From IMG/VR virus record IMGVR_UViG_3300030333_008334, positions 32,001 to 96,000 of that record: 64,000 nucleotides of DNA; one strand, written 5' to 3'. A program made the position numbers and the translations under genes. Below, one piece after another: positions 9,786 to 18,746 of the stretch; within the stretch, counting starts at the first letter, position 1; each line of letters begins with the position of its first letter. The notes beneath the pieces were generated by a model, which made no database searches, was not told where the DNA came from, and saw nothing but the letters and a program-made list of their open reading frames with translations. Source of the stretch: a virus.

Positions 9786-10019
9786 TTACGAATTCAATTT
9801 TTTATTTCTTTGTATCTCAGCTTTACGCGCATTTTGTTTTTTGCGAATTTTCTCGCGGCGTCTTTTCGAAGACTTCTTCTCATAAAACATTCTAGATTTG
9901 TATTCTTCTACTATCTTTTGTTTTTTTGTTTTCTTGATAAATTTTTTGATTAGCCTATAAGGATCGCCTTTTACCTCCCTCAAGGTTACAACGACGTTTA
10001 CTGCTCTTTTTTTAGACAT
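9786..10019 (-). CDS. rpsU: Phage-encoded 30S ribosomal protein bS21
   Basis: 77 aa, highly basic; V-x-V...LIKKFIKKTKKQKIVEEYKSRMFYEKKSSKRRREK matches the bS21 pattern (L.RF.+.......E.+.R.FYEKPS.+R+). Confidence 0.85.
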   Translation of the reverse strand: MSKKRAVNVVVTLREVKGDPYRLIKKFIKKTKKQKIVEEYKSRMFYEKKSSKRRREKIRKKQNARKAEIQRNKKLNS

Positions 10020-10029
10020 GATTTTCCTT

Positions 10030-10434
10030 TTAGACTAAATGCTTCCACTTGCCATTGGCAAGATTAAGTATACCATCAATATTTACACCAGCATCATCAG
10101 GAGCCACACCAGCCAAAGGTGATCCAGTACCTGACTCTTGAGGGATTGTTTTTGTATTTTCAAAGATATCAATCTTTGTATTTACTTTTGCAGATTCGTT
10201 CAATCTGCGAATTCTTTCTTGACGTCTTTTCTCGTACTCTTCTTCTTTTCGTTGTCTTTCAGAAGGATCTTGTTTAGAAGTTACAGTTAGGCCCTCGGCA
10301 ACAATTCGCTGGTTTGCCATTCCTTTAGCAACTTCTGATATAATTCCAGAAAGGACGCCCTCTTCAAAGATGCACTCTTTAATGCATTCTTTAATAAGAG
10401 GCTTTAATACTTTTTTTAATTCATTTTTCTTCAA
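10030..10434 (-). CDS. Hypothetical head-module protein (possible prohead core component)
   Basis: TTG start; ELKKVLKPLIKECIKE N-terminus; several I/L-x-E sites; adjacent to the protease. Confidence 0.6.
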   Translation of the reverse strand: MKKNELKKVLKPLIKECIKECIFEEGVLSGIISEVAKGMANQRIVAEGLTVTSKQDPSERQRKEEEYEKRRQERIRRLNESAKVNTKIDIFENTKTIPQESGTGSPLAGVAPDDAGVNIDGILNLANGKWKHLV

Positions 10435-10436
10435 GT

Positions 10437-11075
10437 TTATCCCTTTACAATATCATCAATAATATTGTTAATTTTTTGCTCTTTTGTAAGGCTGCTGTTG
10501 TTTTCGTTTAAGTATACACTAATTTCTGCGTCGACGTTTGATGTTTGCATTCTAAGATATGCGCCCGGAGTTGAAGGCTCTGAAACCATATCAAAACAAA
10601 TAAGCTGAAAATCATCTTCAACAATTGTCTGTCCATTAGATTCTTTTACAGTTCCTAATCCTCTAGAAGAAATTCCAAGTTTAACATTAGCTTTAATAAG
10701 ATCCTTTAAAATTCTTCCAGAAGGCGTATTCAATACCTCAAACTTGGCCATAACATTATCACCGTCCCACCACATTTTCACAGCAAGATGCGAAGTATTC
10801 TTAAGATTGACAACGCTATCATCCGGATGGTCGAGTTCGCCTAAAGCTCTACGTTCGCGAATAGATTTCTGATAGTTTTCAACTTCTCTTTGCAAAGTTT
10901 CTTTGCGATAGATTCTGCCATTGCCATTTTTTACACCAGCTTTTTGGCAGACACCAACCAGATAAACTGCGCCATTATCCATAGCATTTCGTTTTTCTGA
11001 TTCTGTCATGACCTCTAGAGCGCACATTCCATCAGGACAAAGTTCAAAATATTCTTGTAGTAGTTGTTTTGCCAT
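10437..11075 (-). CDS. gp21: Prohead core protein protease, T4 gp21-like (ATG 11075; alternative GTG 11105)
   Basis: KNGNGRIY, ALGELDHP, SH, TPSGRILK, GISSRGLG and FDMVSEPSTPGAY are gp21 (peptidase S77) family motifs. Confidence 0.95.
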   Translation of the reverse strand: MAKQLLQEYFELCPDGMCALEVMTESEKRNAMDNGAVYLVGVCQKAGVKNGNGRIYRKETLQREVENYQKSIRERRALGELDHPDDSVVNLKNTSHLAVKMWWDGDNVMAKFEVLNTPSGRILKDLIKANVKLGISSRGLGTVKESNGQTIVEDDFQLICFDMVSEPSTPGAYLRMQTSNVDAEISVYLNENNSSLTKEQKINNIIDDIVKG

Positions 11076-11086
11076 ATATAATTTTG

Positions 11087-11111
11087 AAAGAAAAGCGAGG
11101 CTCACCCTCGC
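11087..11111 (-). terminator. GC hairpin with U-rich tail between the mini-ORF and the protease
   Basis: GCGAGG-GTGAG-CCTCGC followed by TTTTCTTT. Confidence 0.55.
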
Positions 11112-11167
11112 GCGAATATGCTCCCTTTACAACAGCGACGTACTTCGGGAGTATTTCTTTTTCTCAT
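11102..11167 (-). CDS. 21-aa basic Cys-Cys mini-ORF MRKRNTPEVRRCCKGSIFARG
   Basis: Manual translation. Preceded by GAGGTAGGA SD-like sequence and fills the gap between two genes. Its stop TGA overlaps a GTG in frame with the protease. Confidence 0.5.
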   Translation of the reverse strand: MRKRNTPEVRRCCKGSIFARG

Positions 11168-11171
11168 TTTC

Positions 11172-11474
11172 CTACCTCTTGTTAATTCTTATGTTTAAAC
11201 CATCGTCTTCAATTATTGAGCTTATAAAGTAACTAGTACCAGCTGATAAGCATCCTAAAATAAACGCGTTTGTAATATTATAATCAAAACTAAATAGTTC
11301 TGTTAAGCCATTAATGCTCCACAAAAATATGCCAGTCCAAAAGCCCATACACAGCGGACACTTGAACAATTCTCCTAACTTACCTTTTGTCGGACGAAGA
11401 GTATTAAAGATAGAACCATACAATAAAATGAATGTCAACCCAAAAGAAGACAGGATAAAATATATTAATTCCAC
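11172..11474 (-). CDS. Small membrane protein with CxxC (DUF1360-like)
   Basis: Three hydrophobic segments; GELFKCPLCMGFW motif. Confidence 0.65.
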   Translation of the reverse strand: MELIYFILSSFGLTFILLYGSIFNTLRPTKGKLGELFKCPLCMGFWTGIFLWSINGLTELFSFDYNITNAFILGCLSAGTSYFISSIIEDDGLNIRINKR

Positions 11475-11481
11475 TCTACAC

Positions 11482-12048
11482 CTAAAATCTGTACGCTGAA
11501 GCTAAACCATATGGCTTGACGCCTGGACGAATCGAGCCTTTCTGTTTGCCATGTCGTCGAGGATCAAATTCTGTTGACTCGCTTTCTAGTGGCTGCGACA
11601 GGCGACGCTCAAATTCTATTTCCATTGCGCGCTCGTATTCCATAGAAGGCCTCTCTTCTTCAATAAATTTACCAATCGCAAAAAGCGTTAACTGTGTTGT
11701 GTTATAGTCTTTTGATTCGACAATGTTTCCTTCAATTGAAGAGAATATGTTTCCGCCTTGCACAGAGTCATAAATTATTACTCCCTTTCTCACCAAGTAA
11801 TCAAACATTCTACTTTGTGCATTATAGACATTTTCGCCATATTCTTCTTTTGGGAAAGTAACAACCTTGTTTTTGCTTGGCATTAAAACGATATCGATAT
11901 CATTATGGTCAAAAATCATCACATTGCCATCAGGAGTTTTTCTTGCCTTAAGTTCCATTGTAGCTTGTACAGGTTTCTTTTCTTCTACCTCTCTAGCTAA
12001 ATCTTGCCTGGCCTTTTCTTGCTGATTAAATGTAATTTTTATTGCCAT
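11482..12048 (-). CDS. Hypothetical head-module protein
   Basis: 188-aa ORF coupled (TAATG overlap) to the upstream gene; no recognised motif. Confidence 0.7.
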   Translation of the reverse strand: MAIKITFNQQEKARQDLAREVEEKKPVQATMELKARKTPDGNVMIFDHNDIDIVLMPSKNKVVTFPKEEYGENVYNAQSRMFDYLVRKGVIIYDSVQGGNIFSSIEGNIVESKDYNTTQLTLFAIGKFIEEERPSMEYERAMEIEFERRLSQPLESESTEFDPRRHGKQKGSIRPGVKPYGLASAYRF

Positions 12049-12857
12049 TATATTTCACCCATCAAGTTTTGTATTTTAAGCACCTTTTGTACTAAGTTTG
12101 AATCAATTCTAGAGCCTTTAAAATCATCGATAACATTTAAAACTTCATCAAGTTTTTTGCTCAATTCAGATTCAGGATCATTTTGCACTTTCTGAGCGAT
12201 GTTTTCTCTTAGGCGCCCCACTTCTTCATTTAAGAAAATCTTAAACTGCAATCCATTATCAGAAAAAGAAGTTATATATTTGCTTAAAAGCTCTTTTTGC
12301 TCGCTCAACAATGCTTTAGAGTACGTAGAATTGTATTTTTGCAAGAAAGTTTTAAATGCTAAATTATCAATCTTAGGAAATTTAACTTCATCTTCTGTCT
12401 TGCTTTCAGATAACAACTCAGCCATTTGATTTTCTAAAACTAATCTAGATTTCGCTGAAAGCTCAGAGTCATGAAAAAATTGATATACAGTAGCAGCATC
12501 TTTATAGGAAGGTACAAAATTGACAAAAACATCTTTTGTAATTGTTTTGTTAATTTCGTTTATTAATTTTGTTTGCTGGTTGAATATCTCTTTTAGATCT
12601 AGCTTTAGATAGTCTTTTTTAACTTCTTGTAACAAACGTATAGCTGTGTTTTCATTTAAATTTTTTGATTCTAGCAGTGCTTTATAAAGGTCCAGTTCTT
12701 TTGAGAGAATAGTGCCTTTCTTGAAGTATTCCTGTAAAACTGCAAATATTTTATTTTTTCTTTGACTATCTTGCTTAACAGCAGATTTGGTCATTTCTCT
12801 TATCAATGCTTCGAAAAGAAAAAAAGTATTTCGTTTTTTGTTGTGCCTGAACTTCAT
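12048..12857 (-). CDS. Helical protein downstream of portal, putative prohead core protein (start revised to MKFRHNKKRNT)
   Basis: ATG 12857 follows the portal stop and avoids the overlap of the 12890 start; multiple L-x-E sites (LLES, LNEN, LSES). Confidence 0.65.
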   Translation of the reverse strand: MKFRHNKKRNTFFLFEALIREMTKSAVKQDSQRKNKIFAVLQEYFKKGTILSKELDLYKALLESKNLNENTAIRLLQEVKKDYLKLDLKEIFNQQTKLINEINKTITKDVFVNFVPSYKDAATVYQFFHDSELSAKSRLVLENQMAELLSESKTEDEVKFPKIDNLAFKTFLQKYNSTYSKALLSEQKELLSKYITSFSDNGLQFKIFLNEEVGRLRENIAQKVQNDPESELSKKLDEVLNVIDDFKGSRIDSNLVQKVLKIQNLMGEI

Positions 12858-12861
12858 AATG

Positions 12862-14835
12862 CTATTTTTCCTGCTTTTCCATTTGCTCAATTAACTTTCT
12901 TACTTCATGATTAATTGCAAATATGTTTTCTTCTTCTTGCTTATAAGTAGAGTCTAAACTTTCATAAATTCCAAAACGCGTCTGATCTTGTTCGCCTAGA
13001 GCCGGAAATAGCTTTCCTCTTGTTGATCTCTTGGTTGCTCCCTGCTTATCAGAAGATATAGAAGCTTCTGCTCTCATGTTTAAACGTCTTCGGCCAGATC
13101 TATGATGAGAGCCTCCTGCGCGCTGCTTATAAGCATTTCCTTTTTTAGAGACTGTCATCCCGCCGCCGTCGTCGCGTTTAGCGGGAGGTAGAGGTGATGG
13201 TGCGGCGCCTGGGGGTGTTGCCAGGAGATCTCCTTCTTCTGGCTCGGGAGGCGCGTCTTCTGGAGGCGTCTCTTCTGGCGGAGTTTCAGCTCCTCCAGCG
13301 GGAGGTTCATCTAGGCCGGCGCCTAGGTCCAAGCCTCCGCCTAGTCCAGCGCCCGCATCTCCACCAAGCTCGGCGTCTCCAGCAGCTCCTTCGATTGATC
13401 TTTCAAGAGCAGACTCAAATTTTCTATCGTGGAACATCTCTCTCTGAATTCTAACCATCTCATCTTCTGGTAGATTAAACAAGTTCTCCGAAACCCAGCG
13501 CTTGCTGAAATATCCTTCCGTTGCAGAACTAGCAATGTCGAACTTTGTCTTCCAGTGTTCAAGTTCTTGAAGCTCTGCGAGTCGCGAGGGATTATTCAAA
13601 TGCAACTTAAAGGAAAGCAGATCTGCTCCTCTGTAGCCCAAGGTAAACAAATGAACAATTCCAATCTTTTCTAATTCTGAAATGACTGCGCGCTGTAATC
13701 TCTGAATTGTCCTAGCGAAGCGAATGTCCTTCTGGGATAATGTTGTTTTATCTTCTTGCGCATCTTTGTCTTGTGCCAAATAGGAAGCTGGCACTTTAAG
13801 CGCTGAAAATAACTTATCTCTCAAATATTTAACATCATCAATATCGCCAGTATATGTACCGCCTGGTAAAGTTTCAACCCTAGAGGACTGTCCTCCTCGA
13901 ACCGGAATGTAATAATCTTCTTCTACACTCATAGGATTATAGCGCAAATCAACTCGTCCAGTATCTGGATCGACAATTTGATTTCTCTTCATTTGCGTCA
14001 AAACTTTTTGCATATAGCTCTCAACATCATCTGGGTTAATTGAACCCACATCAATGTAAAAAACTCTACGCTCTGGCGATCTTACGATTCGATAAGCCAT
14101 CATCGCATCTTCAATAAGCGTCAATTGTCTCCAGATTCTTCTAGCTGGCTCTAGAATTGATGTACCATATGGAGCGTACTTATCATTTCCCAAGACTCTA
14201 AAGTGTGCAACCTGCCAATTCTCAAAAGTCATCCCAGCATCATTCCATTGAAATTGAATGTAATTTGGGTTTTTCTTGTCTTCACCCTCAAGTCTTTCAA
14301 TTTGCATTGGAGGAATGCCTGTCACATATTTGACGCCATGAGTATCATCGATATCTAAGTAAAGAAAGAAATCTCCATATTTACACATTGTGCGACACCA
14401 ACCAAAAAGATTGAACTTGATGTTTAATACATTATGATAGAGCGTGTCTAAGACATGCTTAATTTCCTCATTAGGGCATTTAATTGAAAGTAAAGGAGTC
14501 AAATAGGTTGCAGTTGTCATTTCATCAGCGTAAATATCTAATGCCGAGGCAATCTCTGGTGTGTATTCCATTTGGTCAAAATCAATATATCGATCTGCAC
14601 GATTTTGATTTGCCATATATGCAGCCTGCATTGCTTCGTATGGCGTGCGCGTATCTTTTTTAAAGGATTGCCCACTTGCTGATTTGAAGCGAGATGATAC
14701 ACGATCGATTTGGTGTCTTCTTAATTTGCGTGGGGTCTGTCTTCTAAAGTCAACCAGAGGCCCCGAGAGTAGTCTAGTTAACTTCTTAAACAGTTCGCTT
14801 TCTTTATTTTTAGGATTGTGTTCTCTATCCGCCAT
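12862..14835 (-). CDS. gp20: Portal protein, T4 gp20-like
   Basis: PEIASALDIYADE, WRQLTLIEDAMMAYRIVRSPERRVFYIDVG, EEDYYIPVRG, VETLPGG, DDVKYLRDKLFSALKVP, DIRFARTIQRLQ. Confidence 0.96.
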   Translation of the reverse strand: MADREHNPKNKESELFKKLTRLLSGPLVDFRRQTPRKLRRHQIDRVSSRFKSASGQSFKKDTRTPYEAMQAAYMANQNRADRYIDFDQMEYTPEIASALDIYADEMTTATYLTPLLSIKCPNEEIKHVLDTLYHNVLNIKFNLFGWCRTMCKYGDFFLYLDIDDTHGVKYVTGIPPMQIERLEGEDKKNPNYIQFQWNDAGMTFENWQVAHFRVLGNDKYAPYGTSILEPARRIWRQLTLIEDAMMAYRIVRSPERRVFYIDVGSINPDDVESYMQKVLTQMKRNQIVDPDTGRVDLRYNPMSVEEDYYIPVRGGQSSRVETLPGGTYTGDIDDVKYLRDKLFSALKVPASYLAQDKDAQEDKTTLSQKDIRFARTIQRLQRAVISELEKIGIVHLFTLGYRGADLLSFKLHLNNPSRLAELQELEHWKTKFDIASSATEGYFSKRWVSENLFNLPEDEMVRIQREMFHDRKFESALERSIEGAAGDAELGGDAGAGLGGGLDLGAGLDEPPAGGAETPPEETPPEDAPPEPEEGDLLATPPGAAPSPLPPAKRDDGGGMTVSKKGNAYKQRAGGSHHRSGRRRLNMRAEASISSDKQGATKRSTRGKLFPALGEQDQTRFGIYESLDSTYKQEEENIFAINHEVRKLIEQMEKQEK

Positions 14836-14838
14836 ATC

Positions 14839-16413
14839 TTATCCCTTTAATAGCCATATAAAATCTTTACTCAATTTTTTATTTTCATTCTTTTTTATTT
14901 TTTCGTAACCAGACATTCCAGGAATAGTAGTATTTAAAGTAGTTGAACTTTTTGTCATTGAATTTAAAAATGCCTTCTTGTATTCTACTTCTCGCTGGTT
15001 GGCATTAAAAACCGTATCCCTAATCCAACAACCAATAGCGCATGATGTTATCAAATCATCATTGTACTTTCTCATTGCTTGCGGCCGGCCAGAATGCCAA
15101 ACAAAAGTTTTCATCTCATTATACAGTCTTTTTGAATATATTTTAATTAGTTTATTTCTTACTAATTCCTCCATTTTTGCTATGACCAAAGGACGAGTCT
15201 TTGAAGTCATGCTAAACCCAGGAACTGCATTGGATGCATATTCGCCCGTAACAGGATCTACATATTCGTGTGATGTCTTGTATGAATAATATAAATTAGG
15301 ATATCCTGATTCATGCAACTTATCCAACACCGTCCAGCCAACTGAATTGTTTTCTACCGCTAGCATACAATTGCCATATTCTGAGCCGACTTGAGTTAAT
15401 AAATTTGCAAACACATCTAACGTAGGCTTTCCTTGGTACTCAGCAGCAATCTCCATTGTCTCTACATTGAAAACATGAAAAGCTGAAAAGTCTTTGCCAT
15501 CACCACGAGCGACGTCTGCAACTAGTAAATAATTGTGTTCTGGGCTGTGCTCTTGCCAAATCCAAAAGTTTCTATCAAAACCAGTCTTATGTTTTGGCTC
15601 GCACAGCATTTCGTCTATTCTTCTCATATCATCTGGATGAAAAACTGTCTCGCCAGACATGTTGAAGTTACATTCAAGCTCTTGAGCTATTTGGCGACGA
15701 GACATATTTTTTGTCTCATTCTCAAACCATGCTTGATCGCGCTCGGGATGAACATCCCATGGCAGAATAGTTCCAAAAAAATCATTCTTGTTTTCTTCTG
15801 TATCGATATATGTTTGATGAAACCAATTACCAACGCCATTTGGTGTTGACAGCGCAATGCAGCGGCCTCCAGTTGATAGCGTAGGATATAGGCCCGTCCA
15901 AAGCTCATCTAAGCCTTCAACGTGTGCAGCCTCATCAATAACCAATAGTGACAAGGCCTCAGAACGACCAGCATCTGCACTTGTTGACGATGCTTTAATC
16001 TGCGATCCATTAGACAATTCAAATGACGTTCTGTTATCTACACTGATATTTGCTATTCTCACCCACTCTGGGAGATTCTTAATGATTGCCTTAACCTTTT
16101 TGACCAAATTTGATGCTGTGCTAAATTTAGTAGCAATTACAAGGATGTTTTTATCGCGATGAAACATCATCATCCAAACAACGTAAGCTGCTGTAATTGT
16201 TGATATTCCTAGCTGCCTGGCTTTTAAAATAACATTAAAGCGATGATCATTGAAGTTTTGGATTAAATCTTCTTGATAGTCGTACATGTTAAAAGGTATC
16301 AAACCCAACAGTGGGTGAGATATCTTTGCGTAATTATTGATAAAATAAACAGGATCTTTACCAGACTTTACAATTTCTTTTATAATCTGGTCTTTGGAAA
16401 GCTGATAGCTCAT
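14839..16413 (-). CDS. terL: Terminase large subunit, T4 gp17-like
   Basis: Deviant Walker A KARQLGIST, Walker B LLVIDEAAH, STPNG, QELEC, nuclease ADVARGDGKDFS, VENNSVG, NDDLI; no intein. Confidence 0.96.
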   Translation of the reverse strand: MSYQLSKDQIIKEIVKSGKDPVYFINNYAKISHPLLGLIPFNMYDYQEDLIQNFNDHRFNVILKARQLGISTITAAYVVWMMMFHRDKNILVIATKFSTASNLVKKVKAIIKNLPEWVRIANISVDNRTSFELSNGSQIKASSTSADAGRSEALSLLVIDEAAHVEGLDELWTGLYPTLSTGGRCIALSTPNGVGNWFHQTYIDTEENKNDFFGTILPWDVHPERDQAWFENETKNMSRRQIAQELECNFNMSGETVFHPDDMRRIDEMLCEPKHKTGFDRNFWIWQEHSPEHNYLLVADVARGDGKDFSAFHVFNVETMEIAAEYQGKPTLDVFANLLTQVGSEYGNCMLAVENNSVGWTVLDKLHESGYPNLYYSYKTSHEYVDPVTGEYASNAVPGFSMTSKTRPLVIAKMEELVRNKLIKIYSKRLYNEMKTFVWHSGRPQAMRKYNDDLITSCAIGCWIRDTVFNANQREVEYKKAFLNSMTKSSTTLNTTIPGMSGYEKIKKNENKKLSKDFIWLLKG

Positions 16414-16416
16414 TGA

Positions 16417-16950
16417 CTAGCCCCTCTGGTTTTTGTTTGAGGGACGCTGACCCCATCCTCCTAAATTCAAAAACTCTTTGAACTTGCCTTCTAATCTTTC
16501 TTCAGATGGTTTAAGTCTATCTTCTACGTCTTTCATTCCGCCAATCTTGTATACTTTGGCGACGGTAACAAATACTCTGACTCTGGACGTTGATTGAACC
16601 ATGACATCGACATCTTCGCCGGCTGTCAAAGCCAACCCATTACCAGTTACTTTCTTGTATTCTTTCTTTAACCATTTAACAATGTCTGCACATGTTCTAT
16701 TGCACTCATTTTCAAAATTTGTGCTGTAGACATCCTTTAGTTTGATGTCAGACTGGTATGATACAATAAGGTTGTTTCCATCAATTCTGCATTTGAAACC
16801 ATCAACTGTTCTAGAATCTAACACTGGATGGCCTTCCTCTCTCTTGAGACCAATTTTAATTGGCTCGCCTTTGTCGTCTAATGCGCCATCATATGCATTA
16901 GCAGCTGCCTGGGCGATTCCTCTAACAATATCTAAAGTTACTTGTGACAT
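16417..16950 (-). CDS. Hypothetical protein immediately upstream of TerL
   Basis: 177-aa ORF with AGGAG SD; no motif recognised. Confidence 0.7.
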   Translation of the reverse strand: MSQVTLDIVRGIAQAAANAYDGALDDKGEPIKIGLKREEGHPVLDSRTVDGFKCRIDGNNLIVSYQSDIKLKDVYSTNFENECNRTCADIVKWLKKEYKKVTGNGLALTAGEDVDVMVQSTSRVRVFVTVAKVYKIGGMKDVEDRLKPSEERLEGKFKEFLNLGGWGQRPSNKNQRG

Positions 16951-17330
16951 TTATTTTCTCCTGGTCTCCAGCCGTTAAGCCATCTTTTTTCTCTGCCTTC
17001 GATATATTGTATGAAACATTTCTCACAACAATCATATTTTAACATGTAAATATCATCCTGAATTGAAAAAGAATATTTCTCGCAAACTGGACAATTTCTA
17101 TTTGAATCTCTATTAATTAGTTTTTTAGATACTAAAAAACCATCAATTTCAACCTTTTGTGTTTCTTCTTCATTTGAGCGTTTGGCTAAGTCAATTTTCT
17201 TTAACTGTTCTAGATACTCTTTTTCTTTCTCTTCGTCCCAGTTTGATTTAGGATTTAAAATTGCTTCTTCACCATATTTTTGTTTAATGGCTTTTTCCAA
17301 CTTAGCGATATATTCTAAGTCTTTCTTCAT
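16938..17330 (-). CDS. Zn-finger protein (CPVC...CCEKC); start revised to MKKDLEY
   Basis: ATG 17330 overlaps the upstream TGA (ATGA); C-terminal CxxC-x16-CxxC; ends RWLNGWRP. Confidence 0.7.
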   Translation of the reverse strand: MKKDLEYIAKLEKAIKQKYGEEAILNPKSNWDEEKEKEYLEQLKKIDLAKRSNEEETQKVEIDGFLVSKKLINRDSNRNCPVCEKYSFSIQDDIYMLKYDCCEKCFIQYIEGREKRWLNGWRPGENKCHK

Positions 17331-17803
17331 TTCTGAACCTCTACTGCCGCGTAGAAGACGCCTAAAGACAATAAAACGCCAGAGATTATCCCTAAAGAAA
17401 CCCATAAAGCAGTATAATCATTTGAGTTTTCTGAAGCTATTTCTTGCAAGCGTTCAATTTCCTGGCTCTTAAGCATTAATATAGAATCAGTGCTTTCTTT
17501 TAAAGAATCATATTTTGCCTGTAATGTCGACAACTCTAAGCTATGTTCTGCGTTAAGCTTCTTGGTTTCATAATCTAGTTTAAGCTGACTTTCCATTAAG
17601 GAATATTTTTTGTCTGTATTAATTTTTGCTGCGGCGACTGGATCAAGCAAAATACCAGCATACGGTGCTTTTTGATTAATTGAAAGCGCTGTAATTTTTC
17701 CTTCCAAAGCGTCGGCTTCTTGTGCCTTTGCTTTAACCGGAGCGATTATAATACTAAGACTTATTAAAAGGCTCAATATGCATTTGAACATTTTAGACTC
17801 CAA
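17327..17803 (-). CDS. Secreted coiled-coil protein with C-terminal membrane anchor (spanin-like)
   Basis: Signal peptide ending AKA|Q, APYAGILL motif, long coiled coil, C-terminal hydrophobic helix; no lipobox. Confidence 0.5.
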   Translation of the reverse strand: MESKMFKCILSLLISLSIIIAPVKAKAQEADALEGKITALSINQKAPYAGILLDPVAAAKINTDKKYSLMESQLKLDYETKKLNAEHSLELSTLQAKYDSLKESTDSILMLKSQEIERLQEIASENSNDYTALWVSLGIISGVLLSLGVFYAAVEVQK

Positions 17804-18170
17804 ATAGTTTTTTCATTTCTTCTGCTATGGCATCCGGATTTTCATTGTGGTTTTTAACCAAATTTTCAATCTCTCTGCGTTTCTTTTTTGAAAGTTCGCT
17901 TACTTTAATGTTATGTTCTTTTTCAAGATTTTTTAAAGTTTCTTGGTAGATCATTACTATTTCTTCTCTTTTTGCTAACTCTTTTTCATGCGCTAGCTTT
18001 ACTGTTTCTAATTCTTTTCTGTAACTTTCTTTTGCTATATCAAGTACTTTCAAAGCATTCGCATTTGATTTTCGAAACACTAGCCATAGGACAATAGTAT
18101 AAACCAACACTGCTGGTATATACCAATAGTGCTTTATCCAAGTCCAAATTTTTTTGATATTAAAAATCAT
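17793..18170 (-). CDS. N-terminally anchored coiled-coil membrane protein (i-spanin-like)
   Basis: Single TM helix (WYIPAVLVYTIVLWLVF) then ~90 aa of coiled coil; overlaps the next gene. Confidence 0.5.
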   Translation of the reverse strand: MIFNIKKIWTWIKHYWYIPAVLVYTIVLWLVFRKSNANALKVLDIAKESYRKELETVKLAHEKELAKREEIVMIYQETLKNLEKEHNIKVSELSKKKRREIENLVKNHNENPDAIAEEMKKLFGV

Positions 18171-18550
18171 TGTTTAATATAATTGATCCAATTCCACATC
18201 TTTCTCGTGTTTAAGTAATCTGATTTTTGATCGTTATCATATGCTTCTTTCTCAAAAGGATTGAGATAATATGCTTTCTTTGCATCGCGATGTTTAATCA
18301 ACCCAATCAACCAAAATATTCCATACATAAGCCACTGACCAATAAAAAGCATTTCTAATTGCTGGTGGTAATGTATCGTTTCATGTCTTCGCGTTGTATC
18401 ATTCAACTTGCCCCTGCAAAATACAAAGCAAGCAAAACTTAAAGCATAAATTTCTATTGGATTGATCTTCGATAACCAAACAGGAATTTTACTATCTTCA
18501 AAAACTATTGGTCTTTTAGAAGAAATACATTTTCTAATTTTTTCAACCAT
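18167..18550 (-). CDS. Small zincin-like metalloprotein (HExxH)
   Basis: RRHETIHYHQQLE, a hydrophobic segment, then YYLNPFEKEAY (third-ligand motif). Confidence 0.7.
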   Translation of the reverse strand: MVEKIRKCISSKRPIVFEDSKIPVWLSKINPIEIYALSFACFVFCRGKLNDTTRRHETIHYHQQLEMLFIGQWLMYGIFWLIGLIKHRDAKKAYYLNPFEKEAYDNDQKSDYLNTRKMWNWINYIKQ

Positions 18551-18725
18551 GCTTCCAAGTCTTAGCTAAATCAACGGCCGCTTGAGAGCCAATGTATACT
18601 AAAGTTACAGCTACCCAATCTTCGCTATGCAAAGCACCTTGTAATGCCAAAGCTGTTGCAGTACCCCAAGCCAGAAGCTTTCTGCTCATTATTTTTCCAA
18701 GTAATCCATCAACAAGTTCTTTCAT
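18543..18725 (-). CDS. Small two-TM holin-like protein
   Basis: 60 aa; SRKLL then two hydrophobic helices and a charged C-terminus; SD AGGAG; heads a cluster of membrane proteins. Confidence 0.5.
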   Translation of the reverse strand: MKELVDGLLGKIMSRKLLAWGTATALALQGALHSEDWVAVTLVYIGSQAAVDLAKTWKHG

Positions 18726-18746
18726 GATTTTTCTCCTGTGTTTTGT

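Noticed and set aside
11095-11111. UGA in a hairpin as a selenocysteine signal
   Set aside because: The UGA lies in the loop rather than upstream of a SECIS-like stem, and read-through stays out of frame with the protease and stops shortly after.
17331-17405. N-terminal extension MGFFRDNLW... of the Zn-finger ORF
   Set aside because: Overlaps the upstream gene's TM-coding end; the ATGA-coupled ATG at 17330 is the more plausible start.
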